64,000 bases of DNA from Podarcis gaigeae (taxonomy: Eukaryota). The stretch is from NCBI GenBank assembly GCA_964106915.2, contig OZ066918.1; one strand, 5' to 3'. Positions within the stretch are counted from its first letter, which is position 1. The number at the start of each line of letters is the position of its first letter. The notes under the pieces are model-generated. The model was given only the letters and a program-made list of their open reading frames with translations, made no database searches and was not told the origin of the DNA. The position numbers and the translations under genes were made by a program. This document shows positions 12,629 to 26,025 of the stretch, piece by piece.

Positions 12629-13200
12629 TGTTACCACACACCCCAATCTCAGCCAAGCAGCTCTCGGTGCTTAACTAGGGTTTGTGTTCCATTGGAATGA
12701 CACATTGTAGAGATTGTGGTATCTTTAAGAGATTTGGTTTATTTACACATATTTGCCTCTGAGTTTAGGTGGAGGGAGTGCAGAACATTACACCCCAAGA
12801 GTATATCTTTATTGCTGCTTTCATAGCTTCAGCAAGCTTAGGTCCAGAACAGAAGGCCACCATACTCCCTACTCTCTCAAAGCCCCCTTCTTCCAGCCAG
12901 CGAACATAGAGTTCTCCCCTCCTTCCTCTGTTTTAAAAGGACACATTTTTTCCTGTTTTGATATCACCCTGTTACTCTGGCAACCTCCCCGCTCCCAGCT
13001 TACATCAGCGGACAATGAAATCCTAAACCTCACCTTTGTCTCTGCTCATCATCCCCTCATGAGGAAGGGCTCATACTCCTCTGCTGCCCAGCACAGGGTA
13101 ACTGGGTTAATTGCCCATTTTCTTCCTTTGTACTGCACGATGGTTCTTCTCTCTAAGCAATTCCAGGCCAAGAAACTGATTCAGCCTGCATTCCATTTAC
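12629..13200 (-). repeat. LTR-like dispersed repeat, copy 1 (boundaries approximate)
   Basis: Shares ttggaatga...tgtggt...ggtttatttacacatat...acacccc core with copies near 19790 and 27440. Confidence 0.55.
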
Positions 13201-13495
13201 ATGGAAGAGGGAGCATGCTTTATTTCTCCTGCTCTGGAGGGTAGGACTCGAGGCAATGGCTTCAACTTACAAGAAAGGAGATTCCAACTAAACATTCGGA
13301 GAAACTTTCTGACAGTAAGAGCTGTTCGGCAGTGTAACAAACTACCACAAGAGGTGGTGGACTCTTGTTTCATGAGTTTTTTTAAGCAGAAGTTGGATGG
13401 TCATCTGTAATGGATGCTTTAGCTGATATTCCTGCATTGCAGGGGGCTGGACTCAATGGTTCTTGGGTCCCTTCCAACTCTAAGATTCTGTGATT
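13201..13495 (+). mobile_element. CR1 LINE 3' end
   Basis: RTRGNGFNLQERRFQLNIRRNFLTVRAVRQCNKLPQEVV is a CR1 ORF2 C-terminus; ttccaactctaagattctgtgatt tail. Confidence 0.9.
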
Positions 13496-14465
13496 TGTAC
13501 ACTGCTAAGTTGCCTCGCCCCCAGGTGAAGACTTCAAGCATTTAGTAATTGTCTACATTTATTAACTCTAGAAATTATGAGGGAGGGGGAATCTGGTACG
13601 CAAGACTTTCAGGGGAATCTGCCCACTCGCCCAATACATAAACAACATTATTATAGAAGATTTAAGAGTTCATATAATATGCTTACTATATTAACTATCA
13701 CAATCAAGACATATATATATATAGTAAATAAATTAATAGATAGAGTATATATTTCAACAGTTGACCAACACTCTTAGTTTTACTGGAATCTCATGTTTCT
13801 CTGATTTCTTCCATCTACAAAGGAAAACAGGAAGTACCACCTTGAGGAAGTAAGTTGGTACCCTCTTGGGGTACCAGTTGCCATCCCTACAAAAATAATG
13901 GTGTCAATAGATGTTAAGAGCAAGTATTCCATCAAGGGAAGCAATGTTGGGTCTAAGCAGGAAAGAAAGTGGATCCACTTCAATGAGGGGATTAGTTGAA
14001 AGGAAGTCAAATGGGAGAGTCAGGAGCTTCAAATCTCTCTGGGATGCTTGGAGATTCTTTAAAACATAATAATAGAAGCTCAGACAGAATGTATGCCACC
14101 ACAAATTAGGAAAGATACCGTCGAAGTGGATGCCAGCCCTGTTAACAAGCAGAATCAGGGAAGCTATAAAAGGAAAGACTTCCTTTAAAAAGTTGAGAGC
14201 AGAAAGTTGAGCAATTTGGTAGCAAATAAGAGCATTGCTAAAGGAAGACAGGGAAACTGCAGAAAAGCTTAATGAATTTTTTATATTGGCCTAGGGAACA
14301 AAATATGGAGTTCTAGAGCTATTTAAATTACAAATTAGCAAGTCACCCTGTCCAGTTTTTCACAAAAGGCTGCCTAGTCTTCATAAGTGCAAAGTTGTTG
14401 CCTCAACTCCAAAAATCAATTTTTGAATTGCCACATAGACTACTGACATCAGAAATGGAATGTGT

Positions 14466-14764
14466 GGGCTTATCCACTCTTATATTTTGCCCTACACTTT
14501 CTAGACATGGACCACACTTTACAGCTCTGTGTCCAAGTGTCCTTTCTTTTCTTTTCTTTGCTCCAGACATTTTGCACGAAAACCTGCTCTTTACAGCTCA
14601 ACCCAAGCAAATGACAATCTGCTTAAAACCCAAATTGACATTTGCCCAGATTGAGCACTAAAGAGCAGGTTTTCACAGGTAAAGCTCTGGGGCAAGCAGC
14701 AGCAGCAGCACCACCACCAACAACAACAACATTGAGTGGAGGAAAGGTAAGTGTGAATAAGCCC
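14466..14764. mobile_element. MITE, possibly PIF/Harbinger-type; partial second copy near 7190-7328
   Basis: TIR gggcttatccactctta / taagtgtgaataagccc; internal inverted aaaacctgctcttta / taaagagcaggtttt. Confidence 0.65.
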
Positions 14765-16266
14765 TATATGGCTATTGGACAAAACAGTCTTATCTCCAAA
14801 AAGGGAGCTGCTTTTATTGGTTTCATATTCTTTTATGATTTTGACCCTTTCTCGCAGAACCTCTTTTCTGCCAGCCATGATGGCTACAGTCTCCTGTTTT
14901 AAAGGTAGTATATGTCCAAGTATCAGTTGCTGGTGGACCACAATGGGAGATGAGCAGATTGCTGAAAAGGTCTCACCTTTATGCCCTGCAGGAGTCTTCC
15001 AAGAAACACACAGAAATTATATATGTGAACAATTATTGCACCTGATTCTAGCACCAACTGTCACTTGAGGACCATAGGGTGGTAGCATTTAAGCCCAGGA
15101 TGGCTTGCAATCAGTTTCATGGGTTTGCATTCATACATTGAACGAGGGCTGCAGAAGTTCAAAAACTATCTAGCTGTGTTGCACTGTCCTCCAGCCCACA
15201 GGTGTTCCCATCCAAACCCCTGCCACCCCCAAGATGATGAGCCAAACATTGCTCAGCTGCCAGCTCGGACTGTGACAGGATGGAGGTCCGGGATATATTT
15301 AGAAAGAACTCTTATGCCAGCACACTCTCCCCATTACGGCAGCCGGCTAAACTAGGTCGCTCATAATTGCTATACCATATTGCCAGTGCTTCTATTTGCT
15401 GGACTGGGAGCTGGTAAAAATTGTTGACATTTCCACCTTTCCATGTTCTCTGCCTGCAGTTGCAATGAAACTGAATGGCAAAGCACACAAGTTGCTGCAG
15501 AAAAAGTGAATTGCTTGAGAAACTGAATGGGTGTTTTTGACGGGCAAATGCTATTACTGCCGCTGCTGTTAATACGATATTTTAGAACCTAGGTTGCTTC
15601 TGAAAATAATTGGGATTGCTCATTTTATCTGAAACAAGTACCTCAGGATGTGATATCAAAAACTTTCATTCACCAAAAGCATCCTTATTGTTGTTTTATT
15701 TTTTGCTGCTTTTAAATAATTGACCACCACCCCCTCCCCGCAGTCTCGTTTTAAGTTTCCACATTGGGTTTGGCAATCCAGCAGAAGTCCTTTTAGGGGG
15801 TATGCAGGCTTCACAAAGCAAATTCTCCGAGAGCAACAGTGGTGTTAGCGGGATTTACATGTGAGCAAGGGCTTAATGCTGAAAGGGCAGCCAGAAGGGA
15901 GGGGGTTCGAAAAGAACATGTTCTGAAACTAGACCCCTATCTCTATCTCTCCCTCTCTCCCTCCCTCCCTCCCTCTCTCTCCAAAATGTGTCTCCTTCCT
16001 CAGGTTTAGGAAATGGATCCCTGCTGGGATTTCCTTTCAAAGGTGACTTGTAACCTACTCATTAGGGTAGATTTCTGCCGGGTACCCACAAACAGTGCCT
16101 TTGGCAGGGTCAGCCAAAAGTCGTGCGTGTGTTTTGCGTGCATGTCTGTACGGGTGTGCAATTTGGGTGAGGGGTAGAAAATACCCAGGGCACTTGGCGG
16201 CTGTAGCAGCAGTAGCATTAGGACTTCTAAGAGGAAGGCAGGAGAGGCAATGCTCTGATGGGGACT

Positions 16267-16399
16267 ATGGAGTTTCAGAAAGACCCCAGTGCAGTAGCCT
16301 TAGAAATGCTCCTGATAGTCCAGCCCGAGAAGAGGAAGATGGTGCAGAGGCTGCAGATGGACAGACAGACGGAGAGCCACGCTTCCCATCAAAGCGAAG
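16267..16399 (+). CDS. KY: KY coding exon 1 (MEFQKDPSAVALEMLLIVQPEKRK...); alternative in-frame ATG at 16258
   Basis: Matches the recalled human KY N-terminus MELKKDINAVSIDMLLIVHSEKRR; donor G|GTAAAG at 16400, phase 1. Confidence 0.9.
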
Positions 16400-16679
16400 G
16401 TAAAGAAATCTGTGTTGGCTGGTTAGCTTGCAAGGATGGGAAGTGCAAAAAAACTCGGTGGCAAGGGTTTAACTTTGCAGGATGAAAGTGGTAGGAGGGG
16501 GGAATAAAGGGAAGGAGGGAGCTATTTTTGCACATGCACTCCCACAAACAAGTTTTAACAAAACATGGGTATTCCCTTTGTCTGAGCTGCTTTTGCAAAC
16601 TTTCAGCTTAGCTCCCTCCTACCAACCTTCCTGTGAAAATTGTTGTGAACCACCCTGTGAACTTTGGATGGTGGATGAG

Positions 16680-16722
16680 ATAATAATAATAATAATAATA
16701 ATAACAACAACAACAACAACAA
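16680..16722. repeat. Compound microsatellite (AAT)n(AAC)n
   Basis: Directly visible. Confidence 0.95.
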
Positions 16723-17371
16723 TGGGAAACACTTTTCCTGTTGCATCTCCATCTGGGAAGAAACCTCTGCAGCAGCACATAGGGCATAAACACAGCATTG
16801 TGCATAGTTACTGTGAAGGCAATGTCTTCACACTGTCCCTTCTCAATGTGAGAAGTTTTACAGTGTGAGAAACCTCCAAAGTTGTCATTCAGAAAATGTT
16901 CCCCGTCTGCAGACAGAACCAGTGACGGGGGCTGCTGAAACAGACAGTGATTCTGTAATTCAATCTCCTGTCTGTTGCCATCATAAACAAAGAGAACAAA
17001 TGCTTGCAGTGTGTGTCTGTGTGTGCTAGCATGCATGAGTGTAATACAAGGAACTTTAGTATATAGCCTGATGCACCTTTTGCAGGGGACATAATTGTAA
17101 TGGTGACCTAAGTACTCTCCTTTCACAGTACAGAAACCAGTGAAATGGGTGACCTCAGAAAAATAATAGCAGCAGCTGTAGTAATAAAATATGATAATAA
17201 TAGGATATTGCAACTGGGAAGAACAGGCATTTCCAGTTGCTAGGGTATGAGGGGAATTCATTTGTTACTCAGTGTATATCATTCTCCCCACAATATTTCT
17301 TCCCTCACCACAACACTGTGAGGTAGATTAGGCTAAGAGTGAGACTGGTCCAAGATCACCCATTGATAATA

Positions 17372-17626
17372 CAGTGGTACCTCGGGATGCAAACAGGATC
17401 CATTCCTGAGCCCCGTTTGCATCCCAAACAGAACATAAGACACGATAGCACGTCTGTGCGTGCTTGGGTCACATTTCACCACTTCCACGCATGCGCATGA
17501 CATCATTTTGACTGCACATGTGCAAGCAGTGAAACCCGGAAGTAAAGCACTCTGTTACTTCTGGGTCGCCGCAGAGCGCAACCCGAAGCGCTCAACCTGA
17601 AGCGTATTTATCCCAAGGTATGTCTG
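17372..17626. mobile_element. Tc1/mariner-type MITE with different internal sequence (KY intron 1)
   Basis: TA|cagtggtacctcgggat...atcccaaggtatgtctg|TA. Confidence 0.8.
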
Positions 17627-19787
17627 TATACATCACACATATTTAATACTGAAATGTGCTGTATAGCATTCAACACTCTAATACGGTAGATCAATGTTAT
17701 TGTCCCTTTATTACAAATGGAGAGTGAGTGAATAGTGGCGTGCTTAAGGCCACTTTGTGAGTTCATGACTGAGGTAAAAATTGGTAAAATTTGAACCACC
17801 ATCTTACCCACTACTACTAATTTTGTCCCTTTCTCCAAGAAACTCAGAAGCGACATACAACACTAGAATTTTGCACCACTTCAGCTACACTGAGGCAGCC
17901 CAGTTGCTAGGGAAGAGAAAGCGCCTACATACTATATACATAGGTACAATGCCTACATAAACCATAAACAAGAGCACAATGCGCAATATTCCCAGAACAT
18001 CCTAGACTGCCACAACAAAGAGCAGCCTATTGGGAAATGAAATGCTCAAGATTTTAATGGTGATGCATCACTGTGGAATTATTAGGAGAGAACAGAATTG
18101 TTGGGAAGGCTGTGGCCCTTGTGCCTGCTCAATCTGCTGTCCAGGTGATGGACAATGTCAGGACCTCTACTCTCCCTTCTTGGGGATCTTTACCTTTCAG
18201 CTGGACTTAGGCCAGGCAGCCTTTCAAACACATTGTCACGCTGATAGTAGCTCTGGGGAAGGGAGTTGTGTGTGACTGATTCCTTAAATTCCACCTTGAC
18301 CACTGAAAACTTCACAGAGATGGGGCACTTCTCTTGATTGCCCACATCCCTGAAGTTCATTTGGCCTTCACCAAGGACCAAGCTTATCTTGTGGCAGACC
18401 CTGCCCTGTGGCCCTCCCCACTAATAAAGGTTCAGCTGGAATCATGCCTCCCCTTTTTGAGACGTCTTTTGGAAATTGTATTGTTTGTTCAGGCCTTTAC
18501 AATGGGAAATTTCTTTTTTGACCCATCAGTATTTATTAATGTTTTGTTGATGTTTTTATAATGTTATTATGAATACTTTTGTTGATTTGATTCTCCTATG
18601 TTGCACACTCTCTTGATATTTTTTATGAAAGTGTGGATTATAAATCATCAAATAAATAAGGGGGATGGAAATATTAGGTTCCCGGTCCCCACCCCCCTTC
18701 TCCCTGCCATGCATCATGTCTCCATTCAAAATAGGGGAGACCTGCAATTGTTTTTAGGGGAAAAAGAGCCAGATTATTTTGGGAGCTCCATGGAGCATCA
18801 ACTTAATGTCCAGCTGGAATGAGTAGAGGGCTTGAGGAGAGAAGCTCAAGCAGGGTAAGCAGAGGATGCTAGGAAGATTCAGCTTCCCCCACCCTACCCA
18901 GACACCTCTCTTGCTCATTAAATTGTATTTCTTAACTCCTGCTTTCTTTGTGAGTGGAGCAGATGTAGGAGTTGTGTTAAAGAAAAACAATGACATGTTA
19001 AAGCAAATGCAAATTCTGTGCTAGATTGTCACCATTATATTTTTTTTATTGGTCTTTCAGTAATATGCATATGGTATAAAGTCACAAAATAAAAATTGAA
19101 TATTAAGAAGAAAAACTAAAACAACACACACACACATTCCAAAAGGCAGGCAAGTCATCGTTTTTTATTCTTAAGTATAGTTAATGTTGCATTCATTTTG
19201 TGTTGTTCCTGCAGAGTGCAATGTCAGAATAATGTCACTATTTTCAATGGCCAGAAGAGATTGAGATATCCAAGGACAAAGTTCAGAGCAGAAATATAAA
19301 TGTAACATCCCAATTTGTGCTGATGCATTAGGTGTTTACGTGTTTCATAAACCTGATGTGTTGTGGCCATTATTTATAACGAAAACTGTCTGTCTGCAAT
19401 ATCAAGCCATTCCAAATTCCCTTAGGCAGGCTGTTCACTCATCACTCCGCCGTGGTGCCCTGGTCAGCTGCAGCGAGGTGGATCAGTCAAAGCACTCAGG
19501 GCTGTATGTTTGTTTCCAAACAAGGAAGAGTAGCAGGGATATGGTCACGAAACAAACACAGAAGGAGATTTTGGCCTTGAGAATGAGCCAACACATTTCA
19601 GAAGTTACCCTGGGGAGGTTTGGAGAGGGGTGGGAGTGTTTTTGTTCTAGCCAGCCCATTTGTTCATTCCTTCCTTTGGGAAAATGCTGTACATTTAATT
19701 TAAACTAACAGCTGCATACACACACCCTAGCACAGAAAGAGTTTGAAAAGGAATATATTGTTGCACAACATTCCCATCTCTGAGCAG

Positions 19788-20345
19788 TGTAAGATTCCAG
19801 GGCTTCAAATCGCTTACCTACGGTTTGGTTTCCTTGGAATGAGGGTCAGGGAATATTGTGGTGTCTGTTTGCCATATGGTTTATTTACACATATATACAG
19901 ACTGAGTCTATGATGAAAGAGCTCACAGCATTAACACCCCAGAAGGACTTGCATCTCCCATAGCCACAACCCTTGACATGACTATCACTCTCAGGCATCT
20001 ACTTGCTTGTAGCCCAGTCCACTCTCTCCACTCTGGCCTTTGTCCTTCTCACTACCAGCCACTACCAGCCGATTTGCCCTCACACGCAGAGCAGGTTCCT
20101 TTTTTATACTAAAGACCCATACCTAGGGCCATTACCAAGAAGCTAGCCTGGCTATTCCAACAACTGAATCCTCCATGAGATTTTAACCCTTGCTGGATCC
20201 AGGAATTAGAAGGGACTTAGGCCTCCAGCCTAATTTTGCACGCATGCACACACCAAAAAACCCCACACAGTTCTAGGCAAAATCTCCAAGCGCTCCAAAG
20301 CATTGACTCCTCTTTTGTCACCAGTTCTGCAAGACTGGCTGTGTC
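19788..20345 (-). repeat. LTR-like dispersed repeat, copy 2 (boundaries approximate)
   Basis: Aligns by eye with 27480-28000 (cacagcattaacacccc, tagccaca, gaattagaaggg). Confidence 0.6.
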
Positions 20346-21275
20346 ATGATCCTGTGATCACACCTTTATGGTGCCAGGGGCAGGCTTTCAATTCTTAGTG
20401 AAACCTCAGAGATCAAAGGGAGAGCTGAGCAGGACTTCAGTGCCTCCAGCTTCTCAGGATTTGCAGGAGGACAATAAGACTGTAACTCTGTACCCAGCTA
20501 CCTGGGAACAAATCCCATGGAGGCCAGTGGGACTTAACTTCAGAGAAGACATCTAGAAGATTGCACTGTAAATGATGAAAAATAAGCATACATATGCACA
20601 TTTCTTTAATTTATAAAGGGAAAGCATTCTAATTTCCTTAGCTCAGCCTTTTTAAAAACAATAACAACCCAGCTAAGAATTTGTCTTTGACTTCATCCAA
20701 CTATTCATACCTTTGGAAGAACAGTGAGCTTTTGCAGGTATGCCTTAAGAGCAGTCCTAGTAGTAGATCATATCCACAAAGGCTACTAGTGCTCTGTTGT
20801 TGTAGCTGTCCATGATTAAATACTCTTCTAGGGGATGGTGAATTCATTATGCTAGCCTAGTGGCTTTTAGGCTTGGGTTTCTAAGCAGTTTGGTTAGTTT
20901 GCTAGTTGGATGAATCCAAAATGTTATGAGCAATATCTGATGTTAATCATGCTCAAAGTAGACCCATTGACTTGGGTAACTTAACTCCATTGATTGAAAC
21001 TCCCTGCCTATCGACATCAGTAGGCGCCTTTGCTGTATTCATTTCAGTGCCTGCTTTAAAACATTTTTGTTTTCCAGGCACGGAAATGTTGACGTGTTTT
21101 AATCGATTTTTAGTTCACTGCTTATTTTAATTGTAAAGTTTTTAATTAATTGTTCTTAACTTCTTTATTGATAATTTTAATATTTCTTGTAAGCCACTTA
21201 AAGGTTTTGTTACAATCCAACAGTACATAATTTTTGTTAAATAAATAACACAATTTACTGGTTGTTGTTTTTTAG

Positions 21276-21326
21276 GCTTTCGAGGGGATGGCAATGCAAA
21301 CAACAAACTAGGAAATGAGCTTCATG
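21276..21326 (+). CDS. KY: KY coding exon 2 (GFRGDGNANNKLGNELH)
   Basis: ttttttAG acceptor, G|GTATGT donor, 51 nt, phase 1-1; resembles human GFQGVGNG...GNDFH. Confidence 0.85.
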
Positions 21327-21775
21327 GTATGTCATTTTCTCTCACCCTTTGAGTTTCCATGTCAGAAATGCAGTGCAGATCAGTGTATTCTAATACCGAT
21401 TAAAGGCAGCCATACCATGTTGAGAGAGGCTGGAGGGTCTCTTGGAGGTTTAATCATTAGCTCCGTATATTTTGCTGCCTGAAATATAAGGTCCAAATGC
21501 TGTCACCACTCACAGAGGCTGCTCAGATATTGTAAACAACTGGCAATCTGCTCCCATTTAATGGCATTGCAAAAATCTGTCCTTACTCAGCCTAACAGTA
21601 CAGCCGGTCCTGATGCCCATAGCAACATGGTGGCATTTGCAGAGCTAGCGATTTCTGTGCTGAAGGCAGTCTGGGGGAGAGAGCTCCCAAAGTCCCGAAT
21701 TACAGAAACGGCCAAGTACAGATATTAGCAGCCTGAATTAAGAAACCCAGATATTAGGCCGTGTGCATAACTCTT

Positions 21776-21910
21776 CAGTATTTTCCAAACTTGGTTCTCC
21801 AGCTGTTTTTGGACTACAACTCCCATCCTCCCTAGCTAGCAAGACCAGTAGTCAGGGATGATGGGAAATGAAGTTGAAAAGCAGCTGGAGACCAAGTTTG
21901 GGAAACATTG
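21776..21910. mobile_element. hAT-type hairpin MITE
   Basis: cagtattttccaaacttggt...accaagtttgggaaacattg; same core as 7839-7975. Confidence 0.75.
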
Positions 21911-22701
21911 TGAGATAATTCCATTTTGCTCATCTCAAACCACAGTACAAGAGGCAGAGTCATTCTGCTCCTCGTTCTATAAAAGCTGCCCCAGAGCAGG
22001 AGTCCCAGCAAAGGAACTACCAAGAATCTGGGCATGAAATTTTCAGATCAGAGGGAAATAGGCTCTTTAGCTTTACAACCGGATCTAACAAGACTTTACA
22101 GCGGCTTCCACCAATTCATAGGTATTCACTGAAGATCTCCAGTTGTATTGCCAGAAATCTTCATGCACCAAGCATGGAGGTGTCAACAAATCAATTTCAG
22201 GCAGTGTAGTTACTGTACTTATGAAGTCTGACACCGTGAAGCAGCCGGTGCTCCTACAGTATTTCTGAATGCTATGATGCAATTGCAGATTGAGCCATAT
22301 TAAAACAAACACATGGGCCGTCATCACACACATTGCAGCGATATCTCATCATCTTTCATGGGTCTGAGCCATGCCAGCCATAAGATACGTGGTACCCAGA
22401 ATGGCAAACACATTGCTGAAATGCTCCAGCTTCTCTCTGGGGACTGCCAATATACTGATCTTTGAAAGAAAAGGGATGCAACTCAGTGTGTCCATTGATG
22501 TAGACTGGTCTATCTTCCATGCTTGGGGGGGGGGAGGGGGCTAGTATTTTAGATCAAAATTATATAAAACCATGGACCTGTTAAAATATGAGTGTGTGTG
22601 TGTTCTGTGAATGCACAGAGTGGGGATTGAATCCATTATCCTTACTGCCAAGTTGCATGCATCAAAAGTCGGAGCAGAGTCTACATATATACAATTACAC
22701 A

Positions 22702-22798
22702 AATCATAGGATTATAGAGTTGGGCGGTACATCAAGGGTCATCTAGTCCAACCCCTTGCAATGCAGGAATCTCAGCTAAAGCATCCATGACAGATGGC
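22702..22798 (-). mobile_element. CR1 3' terminal fragment
   Basis: Reverse complement of the 13400-13495 tail. Confidence 0.8.
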
Positions 22799-23129
22799 AA
22801 AAGCTACTTTTCACAGTTATCTTACTTGGACCATGTACATGTGTTGGCTCTATTCAGACCATGGGTTGGACATAAGGAGGTGATGTTCAATTTCAGTTGG
22901 AGAAGAACAGGCAACTGGTGTTTGGGAGGGGAAATGGAATGACCTATCCTGGAGGAGGGTATGGTTGGCTGGCTGGGACTTTAAACAGGAACACCCTGCT
23001 AATAATGATACTCTTCAATCTTTTGCCACTAGTCCAACTTGCATTTTCCCTGCTTTTGCATGGACTTATCACTTTGCCCCTGTTTCATAGATTGTTTTCT
23101 TGTCACTAAAGCTTTCCTTCCATCACCAG

Positions 23130-23177
23130 GCCATGCAGCTCAGATGCAGCAAGTCATTACTTCCTGCTCTGCCCAAG
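23130..23177 (+). CDS. KY: KY coding exon 3 (GHAAQMQQVITSCSAQ); may instead start at the in-frame acceptor 23091
   Basis: QQVITSCSAQG resembles human QPQVITSYNSQG; G|GTATGT donor; two in-frame acceptors 39 nt apart. Confidence 0.8.
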
Positions 23178-23697
23178 GTATGTGATAAACCAATGAACTG
23201 TCTGATAGTGCCCTTTGCTACAAGTTACTAGAGTAAGCTTTTACCTTAGAATATCATAAAATAGTAGAGCATTTAGAGATGTTTGAACAGAGCAAAAAAT
23301 GGCATCCTATTTTGGAAAATCACCATGACCAGATGTTACAAAATTACAGAGGTTGAAAGAAGAAAAAAAACTCAATAAAATTAATCTCTGAAAGCAGGAT
23401 TAAGATGAGGGAAGGCCTACTTAAAAAATAATAATCCTGCATGCCTGATCAATCTAAATATGCCTGAGGGAGGCAAAATGTAGTTGCTAAAGGAGTATGT
23501 AATGCAATCTCAAAAGCATTTTAAACTACTTTTTTCCTGATGATTTCTCATTATAACAATAAATACTTAAAGATCCAAAATTATAGAACTTCTATTCATT
23601 TTTTAAAAAGTTTGCATTATAAAATGAAGAAAAAACAGACATATTTCAATAATCTAGCATTCTGTCTTCATAAGTAGTCTGTCAGATGCCCCTAGGA

Positions 23698-23892
23698 TAG
23701 GGCTGCCATATGTCTGGATTTTCCTGGACATTACCAGGATTTCAAAAGCGGAATTGATGTCAGAAGGGCAGTGTTTTGTCCTGGATCTTAGGCAAGTCAA
23801 AAAATCATGTTTTTGGGTGTTTTTGTAAAACAAAACAAAAAACAACAACTCAACTTTCAGGGTGTCCTGGTTTTTTCTTTGTGACAACCCTA
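23698..23892. mobile_element. hAT (Blackjack-like) MITE
   Basis: TIR tagggctgcca / tgacaacccta; 8-bp TSD ccctagga/cccttgga. Confidence 0.8.
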
Positions 23893-25228
23893 CCCTTGGA
23901 GGAAGAACATTATACAGATAGTTTTCTAATCCTCCAAAAGAGAATGGCTATCATGAAGTGATATAGCACATTCTTTGCATGCAATGTTCACAGGTTCAAT
24001 TCCTGCAATTCCCAGTAGGTCCCTCAGAAAACTCCTATAGCTATGCCCACCAAAGCAGCCATTTAATGAATGGGCTGCTTTCCATGGCAGCCATTTTGTG
24101 AGTGTCCACTGCTTTTTCTCAAAATTCCCTTGCACTAGATAGACCAGTGATTCGACTTGTCGTTAGGCAGCTTCCTATGATCTTCTTAGAGGCTACCCCC
24201 ATCCCACGACTTTTTGCTGCAAATCTGCTCCTCAAAAAAAAAAAAATTGCAAGCCCAATTGTAAGCCCAATTTCCCTTGTGGAGAAAGAGTAGAAAAGAT
24301 TCTACTAAACTAAAAGAGAACTGGAAGAAGTAAGAATGAAGGACTGACAGGGCAATTACTTGACTTCATTGTCTGCAAAGAAACTACAGAACATCTGTTA
24401 AGTGCCCAGAGGCTCCCAGTCAAATTTCTCTGTTTGATGAGGAAATATCAAACACAAAGGGGTATACAACTGTCAAAATATGTCTTGATTGAAGAAAGTC
24501 CCTCATGGTTCCCTTCTAAGAGAGGCTGAGAAATGAGAATTGGCTTGAGGTAGTTATACATCTGAACTTTTGAATAGCTTATACTGAAAGCAAACATAAA
24601 GGAAGCATATTTATGTGGGTAGCCAGCTCATAAACTTTCTAAACAGAGTGTTGTCCCCTCTGCAGAGGAAGCTGTGTGGATTCAAAGCACTGGAGGAAGG
24701 ACTTTGAATCCACACAGCTTCCTCCAGCTGCCTTGTCTGCACCAGACAGCTCCTGACAGCAAACTCTCTAGTTTACCAATCCTCCCACTTGCAAAGGAAC
24801 AATTCCTTTCAGTTCCTGATTGTTCTGGATTGTGACTTGGATTGTCCTGGTTGTGACTTGGAAAAAATGGCCTTTTCTGCCATTTTGTTTTGTATGGGAA
24901 TGTAACCAGTGTTGCACAAACGGACACCTGCTTGTTTAAGAGGGCTTTCTGGCTGTCCTTCTCCCCACTGCAACCCCTTTGCCCCTTGAAGGCCTGGAAT
25001 GTGGCACAGGGAGTGGTAGCGGGAGGAGAGAATTACCCAAAGCTACTTTCATTCCCACTATCACTGCAGCTCTTAGCATTTTGGGGTTTCAGTAGGAAGG
25101 AGGAATGCAGGATTATCCTAACACTTTCATCCTTGGGTTTTCACTGCCTTGGATGCAAGGCATGATGCTTACATGCTGAATTACGTTTCCCGGTACTGAC
25201 CAGCTTCAAAAATTCTTGCTTGTTTCAG

Positions 25229-25303
25229 GAACCCACGTGACAGTAGAAGTACATGCTAGAAATTCTACCCCACAGTTGTTCAAAAAACTCTCCTTTGGGA
25301 AAG
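25229..25303 (+). CDS. KY: KY coding exon 4 (GTHVTVEVHARNSTPQLFKKLSFGK)
   Basis: tgtttcAG acceptor, G|GTATGC donor; resembles human GTQLTVEVHPRDAMPQLLKKFSLAK. Confidence 0.92.
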
Positions 25304-25556
25304 GTATGCCGCTTTTAAAAATCAATATTTTGTTTTGGAACAATTCTTACACATTTATTTTTTTTGTTCCCTTGTTCTCGCAGCAATAAAAATAAATTGA
25401 CTGGTTCCTTGATAAAGGCAAAATATCTCATATGAAATGAAATGAAAGAGGAAGTCCTCAAATCTTCTGCAGACTCGCTAGGTAGCCTTAGGAAAGACAT
25501 TTTCTCTTATCCACAATTCCTCCACTGTGATATGTGGGATATTAACAGTGGCCTAC

Positions 25557-26025
25557 CTTCGCAGATGGTCTGATGGTCACAACACCAGACCCCACAAATA
25601 CAACAATCACCCTAACCGAGGAACTCAACACATTCGCAGTGGTGTTGGGCTTACAAGTAAACTTTGCCAAGTCTGAGGCTATGTGTTTCAACACCCCACC
25701 TCATATACAAAAAGAGTTTTCCAACATCACAAAGATAAAAATCTGCCGTACCAAATTCAGATACTTAGAGGTACAAATAACTAGAAACCTCAACAAACTA
25801 TACCTCCACAACTACAAAGCCCTGTGGCGACAAATTAACAATGACCTGAGGAGATGGAACCATATTATCTTCACTCTGTCAGATAAAATAGCCATGATCA
25901 AAATGATCACCCTTCCAAAATTGACCTACCTATTCCATACCCGTCCAATCTGGATTCCACCAACCCAACTCCACTAATGGCAGAAAAGAATACACTCGTT
26001 TATTTTCTCATACAAAAAGCTTCGG
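25557..26025 (+). mobile_element. L1-clade ORF2 reverse transcriptase fragment in KY intron 4
   Basis: FADGL (degenerate FADD), GLQVNFAKSE, FRYLEVQIT, KIAMIKMITLPKLTYLF motifs; stop at 25977. Confidence 0.85.

Noticed and set aside
1-16000. Possible tandem KY paralogue or unannotated gene upstream
   Set aside because: No KY-like motifs or coherent exon chain found by eye on either strand
16608-17261. 217-aa - strand ORF with poly-C/poly-Y runs
   Set aside because: Translation of the (AAT)n(AAC)n microsatellite in KY intron 1; no domain
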